Positions 11,298-26,086 of a stretch of 64,000 nucleotides of DNA are shown here, in pieces. The notes under the pieces were generated by a model. The model had not been told where the DNA came from, did not search any database, and saw only the letters and a program-made list of their open reading frames with translations. Origin of the DNA: Convolutriloba macropyga (taxonomy: Eukaryota); the NCBI RefSeq assembly GCF_964194025.1, contig NC_134468.1, positions 18,166,001 through 18,230,000 of the forward strand. Reading direction: 5' to 3'. Numbering within the stretch: the first letter of the stretch is position 1; every line of letters begins with the position of its first letter. The translations under genes were made by a program, and so were the position numbers.

Positions 11298-12180
11298 AAA
11301 AATTCTCTCCAAAACCACAAATTTGTTCACCCACTCTTCACTCAACCTAAACAGCAGTTTGAAAAGTTCACGCCTTTTAACTTCTCACATTTCCCTTCAC
11401 TACAGCAGTGTTCACAAAATCAATAGTTCTATTTGACCACTCATTGACCACAGAAAGTCCAAAATATGAACAGATCCCAAAAAACAGCGTCCCAAAACAA
11501 TTCAAATCCTATGGATTGTAAAATAATATAAAAGAGGGCAATAATAGGCGCCTGGGAATATGACGAGGACGCTTTGTGAGATTTGGTTAAAAATTCTCGA
11601 AAGAATTCGAATGTGAAATGAATCAAATAAAATCAATAAAAAGGAAGATTTCCTCGAAATGTGCTGAATTTTGCGCGAAAAATTTGTGCGAAAATATGAC
11701 AGCAGGACCGAAGATTTAAGTTTCATATTTTTTTTTTCAAAATGAAGAATTTAAGAATTTTTAGAAGGCAAAGAGAGTTAAAATAATACCACATAAGTTA
11801 GTTTGCGATGCAGTTAGTTACTGAGCAAAAGTGGGGCGAAGAACAATTTCTATTTTATTTTCAAAAATGTGGGAATAATTAAAATGAGACTATTCCAGAA
11901 GCTGTCGTAAACATAGTCGGATATGAAGACCTGAGACAAGTAGCACCTGTTTCAAAAGGCACTCCTTTTCGCATCACTTAAAGTGTCCTCGGCGATTTAC
12001 GATTGGTCGTTCATATCGTTATTTCGTATAGTCCTTATGAGTTGAATATAGCGTGATTTGGTCCTTTAATATAACCAAAAATTTGATCAAGTTCTACCAT
12101 ACCAAATTTTGTTGAGTAATTTATGCAACCAGTTGTTTATACTGGCAAACAGACAAAAAATGAGCAACTTGTACACTCAC

Positions 12181-12658
12181 CATCACATTCTGAGACTGCC
12201 ATGGTCACAGCAAGAGCCTTGGCAGCCCTGACCAAGCTCTCTAAAATTGGATTCTCAGCCATAACCGCAAGTGTAGCATTACACAATGTTTCGTTCGCAT
12301 GCAGACTCAAAGTGTTATTGTGGGCTTCAACGACCGCATCGGGGAGCAAAATTTCCTCACATTCGTTCTCGGGCTCTTTATAACATTCATTGCCTTCATT
12401 ATATTGTGGGATATCTTTTGGACTGTCGAGATTTTGGAACCCCTCACTCGAATCATTACTGTTCTCTTCTTCGCTGATTTGATCAGAGTGATACTTTTTA
12501 TCCAAATATTGCAAAAACTCTTCACGTCTCTGTCTCATAGCCTGAAGACGCTTATGAAAGTCCCAAATTGGAAAATGTGATGTTTCATAGTTTGAATTTA
12601 TAGATGAGTTCATAGACTGACACTTTGATCGCCTTCTCTGTATTTTGGTTTTTACCAT
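12181..12658 (-). CDS. Unknown gene, predicted first (or internal) coding exon
   Basis: 159-codon open frame from ATG 12658 to the strong donor GATG|gtgagt at 12181; acceptor gacttttcag| at 12662 implies further upstream exon(s). No homolog recognised. Confidence 0.6.
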
Positions 12659-14749
12659 CGTCCTGAAAAGTCACAAAAATGTACTCGACTTTCGACTTTG
12701 GCGTTTAAATGCAGAGATTTTTAGGAGTGATTCATTGCTGTCAAATCTCAAGTATTTATACGTGCCCCAAATTTCCATTCAGAGCAAAAAATTATTGTGA
12801 CAGCGTTTTATGAGCACTAATGCAAATCATTACCGGGAAAAAATTACTCCTTTATTGACAGATTGAACTTTGATAACTGTTAAAAAGTAATATAGCACCA
12901 GCATGAAGATACCGCCTGGCGCTTTCATTTTGTTTGGCTTTCTTATTTAAAAGCAAACAATCTGGTGGGGGTAGTCGGAAGCATTAAACAATACAGGCAA
13001 GAAATAGTTAGTGGCTATTTTGCATCTTTCTTCATCGTATTCGAGCTATTTCCAGTGAAGCGTGTCTGGTGTGCCACTGAGCAACCAGACAACATAATAA
13101 AGTTTTTGTGATTGCCTGAAGTAGCACAAGGCTAAAGCCCTCATCAATTCCTCAAAATATGATGTCCCTCTCATTTTAGCAGCATGGTCATTTGGACAAG
13201 ACGTCTAATGAGCTGATTTTGCTTTCAAATAGTCAACGAGCCTAGGGAAGGAGAAACAAAAGACTAATCATATGAGAGCGGCCAGTATTCGAGGAAATGC
13301 CTGGTTGAACGTGAAGGCCCAGCACAAGACAAGATGAACTAACTAACTGGTGGAGTTAACAAAGTTTAGATCTCCCCAATACAAAATTACCAGCAACAAC
13401 CTTTTTGTGAATTTAGTCGAAAGGTCAGTTAAAAGAAAGATCAATCTAACTCAGCGTCAAAACTAAGTTAGCACCCGGCATCTTTACGGAAAAACACAAG
13501 CGTTACATCGTAGAAATATGAAAACAGCGTGAAAAAATGATTTAACATTAATATTCCATTGTAATTTCTGGAAGAAATTTGATTTTCTAAATTAGGGCAA
13601 AGGTTTGTCAAAACTCATTTGGACGAATAGAATGCTTAAGACTCTACAATTCTAGACACAAAACTAAAAACCAAAGAAAACGATCACTTCAGATAAAAGA
13701 ATTTGAAAACGATTTCAACTTGAAAAGCATTTTTTCCAAACAAAAATTTCTATCCCAAAATTGCGCAAAACCAAACGATTTAATAAAATTGTGAAGCCAT
13801 ATTTTTTGCTTCGGAGCTCATTTTAATCCAAACTAACGTATACTCACGCGCAAAAAATACCTTTGTCAAAAAAATCAACCTTCAAATACTAGCACTCGTG
13901 GCGACTTACGTTTAATTGAAAAATATGAAGCTTCAAATTAAAGATTGAGAAAAAACGTAACAAACTACGCTCAATCGAATTGCTTTCAAACAACCGGCTG
14001 GGGTAAATTGTGCCTTACTTTAGCACCGGAGGTGTATACGGCCAATAAGGCGCTTAGAATGATGACATAAGAGCTTATTATAGACCAGTACTAAGGTTTA
14101 AAATGAAGAATGATACCAGATGTGAAGCACTTTTGATTTTCAATTTAGTACTAAACACTCTAAATTAAATGAGCAACTTGAAGATCGATCGTTGCTCCTT
14201 GCGGTGATAATGAATCAGTTTTTAAATGCGTTCACCGTTCCCTGACGTAATGAAGTTATCGTGCTTTTAGGACCAACTAAATGTCACTTGCTACCACCAA
14301 AACTATTTGCACAGCTAGGGAAAATATTGGGCCCGTACTGATGGGATTACAGTGCTCAGAGGATAATGCTGTGAGACCAAATTTTCGGGAGGGCGCAAAT
14401 TATACAGAAATCTAGAAGACTTTTCTTACCACTAGACAATATATTGACCATATATTTTCGATTATGTCAACGGGAAAGACTGAATTACCTGACGTGTTTT
14501 CATCTTTTTATATTATATAGGATGAGTAATTAGCACAAAATTATCATTTCTAAAAGACATATGGCACGTTCAGCATAAAGGATAGAGAAATTACAAAGAG
14601 GAAACAAAATCTAAAATTATTGATTTATTTATTGCGTTTATGAAATCATGAAAACTTGAAGTCACGCCACAGATCTTTACTAAAGCTTTGATTTTTCTAT
14701 TCGGCAACAAACTGTTCAAAGTTAAAAGCTTTTAGATTTCTTTTGAAAG

Positions 14750-16300
14750 TCGCGTAATCACATGTGTAGAAAAACTATTGAGACAAATTGCTTAAAACCT
14801 CTCCGGATGAAGCTTCTGTCGCAGTATTTGCTTCTACTAAATAATTACGAAAAACTTTTCCAGATCTTCAAAGTCTAACAGTCAAAAGTAGGGAGCGAGA
14901 TTCCATTTGATCTATTGAAATCTGGTTTTCGACTAGTATTTAAGACACACAAAAGAGGTTAGTCTGTAGTCGAGCAAGAGGCAAACAAAGTATTTTCTCG
15001 TGGAGCTTAATATCCGTAGATGATCCAAACTTCGATCGTTAATAACACGCTTTTACTCCCCGGCTTATTTGTTTTTCAAAGGGAACGATTACTTTGTTAC
15101 GAATGGTTCTCAATAGTATGGCGGGATATTGCAAATAGCTAATCACAAGCGAATTAACCATATTAGGAAGTCCCTTTTTTGGTAGACAGTCTCTCAATTA
15201 GTATAAGCATTTAATACTTTGGACCATTTTCGAGAGCAGATTCTTAAATTCTGATTGATAGCTCAACTCATTATCTATAATTACAAACAGATATTTCACT
15301 TCAGTTTTCTTTTCAAAATTTTTCTCAAAAATGTGATTGTGACTGATAAATTTTGAAAAAACAAAAAAACAGTTCGGTGTCATCTGCATTTTGTCTAATT
15401 GACGTAAAGTATTCCAGTATAACATCTACTTGAGTATTCAAGTGACTTTTTACAGTTGTCAAGGTGGCGATGGGATGCCAAAAGAACAGTAACGTCAGCG
15501 TATTCGATGATTTCATTCGTTTTTAGTTCAAAATCGTTTACATAGAGATTAAACAAGAGCGGTCCCGGGGATCCCTTTATATAAATGTATCCAGTCCGAA
15601 GTTTCTTCATTCACAGTTACTCTCATCACGATACCGCTTAACAAACTTGGCATAATTTTCACAGCTTAATCATTGAATCCAAGAGATTTCAATTTATTTA
15701 AAAGTACAGGATAATTTACTGAAATTAAAGCTTTAGAGCGACGAAGAAGCGCATATTTGTTCTCGCATGTTTGAACTTGATCTCATTCCGTGCTTTTGGT
15801 GCGCGTTTAGTGAAGTAAAGTAATGCGTCTATTGTAGGAAATCTTTTCCAAAAACCAAGTTATCGATGAGTTAGTAGTTTATTGCATGCAAATAGTCTTC
15901 CATATGCGCATTGTACAGTTTCTCAAAAAGTTCTGAGAGACCAGATGTGATATAAATTAGTCTATAATTAGTTGGATTATCTGCCTTACCTTTCTGTACA
16001 GGGTAATCACATTGGCTAATTTTAATTATCAGGAAAATTTTCCTCATTAAGGTATGTATCAAATAATTCTATGGGTGGTCTTGCTAAAGCTGCTGCGCCA
16101 TCACTGAAAACTCAGGCTAGCAATGATGTCGGTCCTAAAGGTTTTGATGGGTTTAGCATTTTGAGGACGCGTAATGGCTCCTTGCGTGAAAATTTGCTTT
16201 ATGGGAGGAGGATGCTGAAAAACGTCGCCTAGTTTGCTGAACTTGTAGCTCAAGATACTTGCTATTTTTTACTATCTGTTATAGTTTCACCGAATGAATT
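14750..16300 (-). mobile_element. Decayed LINE (CR1/L2/Jockey-like) reverse transcriptase region
   Basis: Frameshifted RT motifs LNPSKPLGP, KGKADNPTNYRLIYITSGLSELFEK, GSPGPLLFNLYVND, IIEYADVTVL and VKYLFVIIDNELSY; related to 59978-60740. Boundaries approximate. Confidence 0.85.
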
Positions 16301-19300
16301 TTTCAAGCATTCAATTCTGTACTCCAAGAAGTATTTTCGTCAACTTAGATTTCGAGCCATTAAAAAGGCAGAGGCTAAATCTAAGTTGGCTATGACAAAA
16401 TTTGTGGCACTGCGTGTCCGCTCAAAGCCATTCCAGGCAAAATAGTTCAAAAATCCAAAATAGTCCTAGCCAAAACAGTCCGCGACAAAACGAGTCTCAG
16501 AAAACAGAGCATGAGAAAACATTCCTATCCCATACGATTAATTAAAGATGACTCAACTAGGGCATTGATCATCCAAATTAAGCTAACCAAAGTCAATCTA
16601 TCAAAGCATTATAAATGTAAAAAATGAAATGACAGGACCGTTTAGATTTGAATGTTCTGTAGGTTCAGAATGGATTTAACGCTCCTTTTCAGGCTCAATT
16701 TTTGCTCTCGAGAACATTGGTTTCCATTTTTACTATACCTTGTCCGCAATACGGGCAGATTTTCGTGTGGACCTTGCGATAAAATGCTAGCATTGCTTTG
16801 AAATTGAAGTTTAACTTGCAATCGGTCAGCAATTTGTACTTAATGCATTTTGCCGATGGATTACATGAACCTGATGCTTATATTTCTTTACTGTTTTTAA
16901 TTCGAAACAACAAACGGTTAAAACGTTGGTAAAAACCAGACATTGAAAGCCGGTGCCCAATTCTCGTCGTTATGTGACTTAATGCAGTGATGGAAAGACA
17001 AGGCACGGCGTCTGATCTGGTTAACTGGGGCAGGAACAGATTGAAAGAAGACTTAGAAACAGAGTGATCAATCTGACACCCACTTAAGCGAATCAATCAT
17101 CGCAGCCGCCTCAGAAAATCATCCTCACAACACTGGACCACTTTTTACACAGGAAACCAAAGTGGCCCAAGACACTGAAGTACACCCAGGGGACCGATAC
17201 ACTATTTGTCCAGTGGGTTTTGTGATATAAATAAATATTAGCTGTCTTGTCTCTCAGAGTACTACAGTTCTTTTCAGAATTCCATCATTTTTTTCAAACA
17301 TCAAGCCGTGATCTAAACAAGATAGTAAGAACTAAAGTCATTTCTAAAACTGACCCTCCCCCCCCCCCCCCCACAAAAAACCCATTCTCTCGTGTTATCT
17401 AGAAATATGATTGTTACCAACTTTGATTTCACAAAATACTAAAAATTTTAAAAAGCAATGCTGACTTGTATTGAGATTTTTAAAATATATCAATCTGGCT
17501 AACATCAACGTCAATTTCCTAATTGAAAACTATAAGCTAAAAGCTCCGCAAATTGTTCACTTTGACTCGTCTATAACAGGCTTCAAATCTTAATAGTATT
17601 TCAATCAATTTCACTCAACCCATCAATTAACTATTCGAGATAAACTGAGTTTATCAACAGTTAAAAATATCCCAGATTCTTTCACACATATCCATGGAAA
17701 TGCGCATGAATACATTTTCGCACCTGCCTTAAAACTGATGGCACCTGAAAGGTCCAAAGTTGAAATGGAACGGGCAACGCAGACACTTAAGTGATCACCT
17801 AACCAAGAAATACGTCACACTCATTGTTTACTTAAATTGACCTTTTGTTTATCCCTACACACTGTCTTCACGCATTCAGCTCGTAATCTCCACAAGTTAT
17901 CTCTGCTGCACTTGAAATGAAGAAATAAAAGGACAACAATTTACCACATTAACATAACGCCACAAACACTTCGTTACTAGTATTAAGCAAGTTAGTGGAG
18001 CAGCCAAAACTAGCCTTCGCTCAAAAAGGTGACGCAACAATAAAAGGCTCCGATGACTGAAATTTACCTTAAAAAAGCAAACGTTTGGTCCTGGTTCACT
18101 CACAAGGAGCTGCGCCTTCAAAGAAGTTGAGTCTGCATGCCTATATCTTTCAAACAAAGCTAACACTGCAAATTTCACGCAGATCACATTCATATCAATA
18201 TCCCCCCCCCCCGTTTGGGGTCTCAAAGAAGCTTGCATTCAATCGAACAAACAACAAACAGTTTTCACCGCTTGACAACATCAGTTACAAAGGGGAATAA
18301 TTGAGCAGCAGCAATAACATTTTCTCATAATAGTCAGTGGCTTGAAAGAGCTCGATTAAAATTTAATGGTGAAGATAGAAGTGAACTACATTTTAGCAGA
18401 GTGGATTTGTGGAAGGATTTGAAAAGTGAGGATGCGCATTGAGTTTCCAATTAGGAAGCGAAATTACAGCCTTTCCCGTAATAAAACCGTCAATTCATCC
18501 GTATCTCATGGCTCTTAATGCAATTAAAAATTGACATTTTGCTCGGCCTGAGAAGAAAGAGATTGAAGTTAAAATTAGGCCGAGATAAAATACTCTGTAA
18601 GGATAGGGATACATATATGTTGCGTGGTGGGAGAAAAGATGATTAAAACCTGTACAGGAAAATTAACCTTCAAAACAAATCAACTGGAATAAGTTCACTA
18701 TTTATTTTTTGCATACAATTTAGAGCAATCCATAGCGTACAAAAATATAAGCAAAGAGTTACAATATCTTTGATCAGTGGATGTTTCGAATCAACGCCAG
18801 CTAGAGAACGTCAAACGGTCCAGTGTAGAGCGCCTTGTTGGCATTAAATTTGCATTATGGAATTGAATGTTTCCACATTCAATAATTAACTGCAGACGCC
18901 TAGCTCCATTTTATAAAGTCTCGTAAAGCCCCATGCCCTCCTCGTCTGATAGGTGAAATAGCAATTGAATTTTAATTTCAAATTTCCTTTGGTCCACCGA
19001 GGCCCTGCTGATTCCCAGCACTTTAAGAGCCAGCCAAATTTATATTTCTATCAATACAGTCTAATTATAACAGCTCTGCTCCGCTAGAGGTCTACAACAG
19101 TTTTTATAATTCAATAGCCTCACTGGTACTTACACATGTCAACTATAATAGGTGGGCAAAGCCATAGTTACTACTTTCATATGAGATTTATCAAATCAAT
19201 TAGAAAGCAGCAAATCAGAAAGAAGAGGGTCGTAAAACCCAATGAGAAGTGTTTACGCAATAGAACTAGAATGGTTTGATTCGTACAGTCACCTTTTAAA

Positions 19301-21809
19301 ACCATCCTGTTTCAATTAGCGTGTACCATTTCATAAAAACTGTAGCATATAAATGTTCCGAATTAATAAAGTTCAAGATACCGCTTAAGAATATAAATCT
19401 ATCAAAGCAATCGATAAGTTCTTTTCCATAAGATCTGGGATCTGCTATTAAATCCACAGCTGTTAAAAACTAACAGACCAACTTTAACAAAATAAATTCA
19501 AAATCTGAAATATACCGAAATATACGCGCTCTTTTTCAAATACGTTTTTGTCAGCTTCAAATTGAATCTTGTTTCACTCTATAATTAGCACGCACAACAA
19601 ACTGATTTTTCTCTGTACACTGAGAATGAAAAAGAATCGACAAAGATTTTGATTACAGAATGAAGGGAACGGTTCTGGGTACAGTGAAAAAAAAATTCAA
19701 AAACTTTGTTCTTTGCTCTTGAAAAATTCAGTCTCGTTCCTGGTGAAGCCCAAAAACGTCAATAATTGTTTTGATCTGTATAATTTTAGCAGCTTTAGAA
19801 AACTGAATAATGCTCAATTTCACTCCACCGAAACGTTGACTAACTGTTGACCCGCATTAACTTCTCACTAAGCTACAGTTTGATGTTACACAGGAATCCG
19901 ACTTTACTATGAGGAATACTTAAGTATGAGAGGTTCCCTTTGAAAATTCCTCTACCGAGACTGTGTCATTAACGTGTGATCGAATTAAGCTTTCAACTTA
20001 CTTCCCTTGGCATTTGAAGGACTTGACTGAATATAACAGCATGCAAAATGTAGTCACGCATACAGTGCATGAAGGTTGCCTAAAAATTCTACTCTGCAGA
20101 GGGGAAGTCGATTCTTAAATCACATCTACGTTAACGGCATCGTTCTAAACGCACAATAACCAGCCACTTCACCAATACCTATCCACCATTCACTTTATAC
20201 TCTGCCTAGGTACTCTATTACATTACAAAACTTATACCACCAATTAATTAAGCCCTGCCTTGTCTAGACTTGGTACAAAGCATAAACAAGAGAAAGACTA
20301 CAACACTAGCCGCTTTATTCAAGACGCAAAATGGCAAACATGCTATACTCCTGATCAATTTCTATTTTGTCCACTTTGATCCAAGTCACTTTCTAGTTGT
20401 CTTGTCTGGAAAAGATAAAGCGCAGCTATGCTACATATAACTAAATATCACTAGAACTGTTCTCTCTATCGCTTCCTGTTTTTATCTGATACACCAAAAT
20501 CAGAAGGACAAAACAAGTTAAATTCATGTATGTAGAATACAGTCCCTGAATATATAAGAGTTATATCGCTCTACTTTACAACTCCAGGCGACAGATACAA
20601 AAACGGCGCAGCAAAGATGGGTTAACCATTAAAACAACCGATAATTAACAAGGAAAACAGACGCGTCAACAATCAAACCCCCCCCCCCCCTCCAATCAAA
20701 TATTTTACAGATACCACATGCAATTGCTAAAAGTGCTTGCTGACTGAATAACGGCAAACCTTAGAAATTATTGCTCTCCTGCAAAAATTGAGAAAATAGT
20801 ATGTAGTTTAACATATATTAATCTTTCGTAATTCGACTGAAGACCTGTGATATCTAGCCACATAGTCGAAGTCACGCAGATTCAGTCATAGATTCACAGT
20901 AGAGATTACAAAACATTATAGACCAAAGTTTTACTCTGAGGATTTGATCTGAGTAATATAGAGGTTCTGCATATTGAACTCAAGATCCATTGAAGACACA
21001 TATTGCGTTAAAATCCCTCAAAAAGGAGTGGTTCATACCATATTTGAAGTCACAGAAACAATATGTTATGCAGTCAGCGTAATCAGCATAAATGAAAATG
21101 CTTGAAAATGCTGACAAATAACTTAACTTCTCTTCAAAACCTTCGACAAGAGATCACTTTACACGCCTCTTAAACGTGATCTTTTCAGCCTGTTCACTCG
21201 ACCGGATGATTTGTGAAAGTTAACATACTGCGACCATAATTCCTTTTCGGTTTTCGAAAATGAAGTAATGAACGAATTCAGACCAAATATAAAAAATATC
21301 ACTAGTTTCAGAAATTGAGTTATTTTTGAACAATAAAGAACCTGTTTCAACCAATTGCAGTTCCTTATTGTTAAATTAAAATAGTAAGCCTCAAAATCAT
21401 TCACGAATTTTCAACATGAAAAAAGGAAAAAATCATTACAACCAAACAATAGTTTCATAAAGCTGCTATGGAAAACGTTAATGTTATTCAGCCGAAGTTT
21501 ACAGAAAAACAACAGGAAAAAACATTTGAATTTTCAGAGAAACAAAGACTAAGTATTCTTGAATTACAAAAAAAACTGAGTTGCACTAATATTATCGAAA
21601 CAATATCAAAAGACTTTTCTTCCATCGTGATTTGATTATGCTTCATCAGTCTCCGTCAAAAATTCATTGAAAAATTTTACCAATTTTAGCGTCAAAATGA
21701 TGGCTTCTGATTCCAAGTCATTTGTTTCCAAAACTCTATTTTTCTCGAGAAGAAAGTTTTGTTCAAAAACATTTCCAAAAAAGGCTGTACAAGTCACGAA
21801 AATTTGAAA

Positions 21810-22769
21810 CATACCCGGCAGATTGCCGGAAAATAGCCGCCGTTGATTCCCATAACCAAGACTTGGCTTGAAAGAAGAGAAAAAAAACTAGTGAAAAAAT
21901 GATTTTTGTACAAACAATTTCAAAGTGCGAACTATTTTGATGTCATTTTGGAGCTGAACGTACTCCTGTTTCGTAGTGAGACCACACACGGGCTAGTATC
22001 AATACCAATAAGCATTAGAGATGGTATTTAAGGACAAAGTTAGGGTAACCGGCATCTAAAATTGGACGTATGGTTTTACACCGTTTCTATTTCGTTTTTG
22101 ATACTGACTCAGTTCATTTTGAATTGCTTTGCTGAGCAACTGCTGTCTAAAAATTATTTGAGCAGAATGGAAGAAGAGTGAAACTAACCTAGAGAAGTCA
22201 GAAAGATTTCACGCAAAATTTTGAACAAGCTGTGAACTAAGATAAAGCAAAAATTTTTATTCGACGAATTAAAAAAACACAACAGGACAAGGCCTGACGT
22301 ACAATTCAAAGAATTTTCATTGACTAAACAGAAAACTAGACGTAGAACGGACCATCAGTGAATTGGGAAAACCATTCCTGAAAAAATCAGATAAAACAGA
22401 AAATCGATGTCAAAATGCCGCTAGCGTGGACAAAAAAACCATTAGCGAGAAATGTAAATTTGATTCTAACAAAAAATAGGCCTAGAATGAACTATGAATG
22501 GATTGGGAAAACTACTTCCAGTTTCACCGAATTTTCACTCTATTTTAAAATTAGAGCGAAAAAATTTCACGCCGCAAAACCACTCGCCTTTTCGCTCCAT
22601 TTCCTGTTTCGGCTCGACCAAAATCACTACTCCAATTTGACTTCGAAAATAATGAAAAAATGTGTGAACAGATCTTAAAAAAAGACACCACCCCAATACA
22701 ATTCAAATTCTTTGAATTTTTAAAACTAGGAGCGCTATAATAGCCGGCTGAGAAGCTGAGGTGGCTAAT
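21810..22769 (-). mobile_element. HINE-like element (about 960 bp)
   Basis: Hairpin ccggcagattgccgg (21815-21829) identical to 4621-4635; sub-terminal aatagccgccgttga; candidate opposite end aatagccg...ggtggctaat (22739-22769). Confidence 0.55.
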
Positions 22770-25756
22770 AGTAAAACGAAAAAAGGTCTGATATATAATA
22801 CTCTCAAATCTATTGTGATATCAAAGTAGTCAAATGTTAGGACAGAATAAATTTAGCATCACAATGAAAGCCACACGCAAATATCAAAATCGACTTCACT
22901 TGTACATACAGGTGGCGTCTCAGTTATTGAAAAACAGGCCACTTTTAAAACCAAAAAACAGAGCATGCAAAAGCTCTCAACCCACTACATTGGGACAACA
23001 AGTGAAAAATTTGAGATTAAAACAACAAAGAAGACAACTATCTTAAAATCAGAGATGTTTCTCTATGTCACAACACTGAATTAGTAAACAAAAATTGAAA
23101 CACAAAGAGACAAATTTAAGTAAATTAAAGACCAATTTTTTCGATTTGACATTTAAAAATAAAAAAATCAGCAAATTAGAGAGAAAACAGACCAGGACAA
23201 ATTTGAAACGAAGTTATTTTTGAAAAAATAAAAATTGTCTCCTTTAGCAGGCGAATCCATTCAGTACGCACGAACGAACTGAAAACAAAAACCTGCCTCT
23301 TTGAAATTCACAATATCATCAGCAATGATGATCATCAGTCAAAACAACAAAAAACAATTAGGAGAGCTAGAACTAAAAGAATTCCAAACATTTTTCAAAA
23401 GATGTCAAAAAATTATACCAATCCTGCAAACAATTGGGGCAATTGAAAAATCGTGAAGAAATCTGATATTGAAAACAGGATAACAGTACAAAACAGCATT
23501 TAGAGCACCGCACGTCAACAAAACTTGGTGAAAGTCTTTTTTTTGCAGTTCGCGCCCTAAAGCTAATACTTTTTTTGTTGCGCTTTCCTCTCTTCTGCCA
23601 CCGTGTGATTAAAATCAAGTCGCAAATCTGATTTTCAATTGACCGCAAAATCATTACAGTGTATCAAGTGTTCTTCAAAAAAAATAATTGCACCGAGTTA
23701 CCATCTAAATTATACGGAGTGGGAATACAACAATATCTGGTTGACTGCTCTTTTACTGATTGACAAAACCATTAAAAAACGTCAATAGTATAAAATGTGT
23801 TAAAGACAAACATTTTGCAAATTTTTTTCAAATCTAAGTGTAGCCCAAAAAAGTTAGCATTACAGTATGTCACTGTTGGCTGCTGTTCAGTGGAATGTGC
23901 CTGCGGACCAAGTGCATGCTATCGCAAAACCGTATAACTTTTCTTAATTTTTCAGGCTAAACTTTTCTTAATTTTTCAGGTTCGATATAAAATCTGAACA
24001 AAAGTTTTGAGTTTTCAAAAACTTTCAATAATAATTAACCACCCATAGACAGATTTCAAACTATTTCCTCGCTGTTTCTCAAAACTAGAACAATTATTTA
24101 AAATGATCTCAACATCTGATAAAAAAAAAGTAAGCTAAAAACGATTACTTTCTATAAATTCATAAAATTCATAAAAATCAGTAAAAATTTGCTGAAAAAT
24201 TGGCTCACTTTTCTCCTCAGCTGTATGCAATGACAAAGCGCTAAAAAAATTGTTTTTCGAGGATACCTTCAAAACAACGGCCTATTGCCTGAATTGATTG
24301 AATTTTGACCCAATTTTTACTAATTTTGATCAAAATGTGTCTAATTTGCCTTAAATTGTTGGTCAAAATTGTTGTAAAACTTTTTCGAAAAACTTTGTAG
24401 TGAAATTCTAGACTTAGAGTGCTTTAAATAGACACCACACAAGTTAGTCTGGGATGCTCTCAAAAAGTCAAAATATTATCTGATCAAAAAAGGGGCTAGC
24501 ATAAAAATGACTTAATGAGCGAACGTTAAGATCAAGAAATAGCTCAACAACTGACACGAAGCCACGCCCAGAACAGCGAAAATGAACCCGCTCGATAATT
24601 TATACCAGCCCTCCAAAACAAAAATTTGAATGAGCTCAACAAAAACACTAGATCAAGTTAGCTCTTCACTGTGCAACTCTATAAAAATTTTATGAAAATA
24701 TCTGGCGATTTTTGACAATAGTGTGGATCTTTTATATCGATGACGTCTTCAGATATCTTTTTTATGAAATTGCTTCCTACCCACTAGCTTCATTTATTTG
24801 CAGCTTCATACATAAATGGCAGCAAATTTTCTGAAATCTTGCTGTGTTCGACAGTCCAGGTCAAATCCTTTTTGCCAACTCCATTGTTTTGAGCTCTCAA
24901 TGTCAACATGATTGGACGATAAGACAAATAAGATAGAGGGATAAATTCAATTATACAAATTGTTGCAGTGTTTTCATTCTTTTGACGCCTCGTAGCAACT
25001 AATGCTGAAACCAGAATAAATTACATATTTCGGCGCTTCAAACATTAAGGTAAAAAATCGCCTAGAAAACTACCCAAGACCAACCTACTTCACCGTCTTC
25101 AAGCAGTTTATTCATTTGTCAATAAGCTTCCGAACTACCTGATTAACTTATACTCATTTTATTTAGTTGACTATTTTAATTACGTTACTAATTTAGTAAC
25201 TAGACTAATTTTTGACAAAAAGCTTATCACTAACAAAAGAAAATTTCTACAAATTTTTGAACTTTATTCCTCAGTCATACACAATCTAAGTAAAATTTTT
25301 AGAACTAAAAATGAGGGCAGAAAATAATTTTTAAGAAACGAAATAGCGACAAACATGCTGCAAATTTAATCATACAAAGATATATTTTTTAAAAAAGTAA
25401 AAACAATGCTCATTTAATAAAATTATTTCGATTGACCTTTTCATGCCAAAACTCTTGACGTATATTTTGGTTATAAAATACCAAATAAATGTTAAGAAGT
25501 CAGATTTGGGTTGACAATTTGCAGAAAACAGCAAACAAAATCCAACACCAAAAATAGACTCCGATATAACTGATACTTTCAAATTACTCGAATAGAGCTC
25601 TCTAGGCTTCATCGGCTGTCTTAAAATTGCACTCCAATCCTCCGGAGCAAAAAGTATCCATCGGATATTATCAGCTTCTGTAAGAAGAAAACCTACTAGA
25701 AACCGTTTTAAGCATTTGAAACAATTTTTCAAGAGGCCTTGACAATTATTTTTGGA

Positions 25757-26086
25757 CTTGACAAAAAATTCTTACCTTGACAAAAAATTCTTACCTCGAC
25801 AAAAAATTCTGACCTAGTAGGGGTTCGATTCCTCGCCATCCGGCACAATAGACTGAATAATTTACCACTCCGTCTATCAGGCTCCTGTAATAGTTTATCT
25901 AAGAGTCGCTTTTATTTTAGTAACAGACCTAATTTCTGAATATCAAATATCCAGAAGTCATGCGCGAAAAGGCCACTCTGTCAGTGAAATTGAAAAAATG
26001 TTCTAGAACAAATTGGTCCAGCAAAAATTTTGCATAAAAATACACATGTTTACAATGAATGATTCAAATTTCGTTTGAAGGCAATT
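25757..26086 (-). mobile_element. HINE-like element 5' part with tRNA-derived cassette
   Basis: Terminus aaatttcgtttgaaggcaatt; shared core motifs; A-box-like TAGACGGAGTGG (25876-25865) and B-box-like GAATCGAACC (25831-25822), followed by a triplicated 20-bp unit containing T6 runs. Confidence 0.62.
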
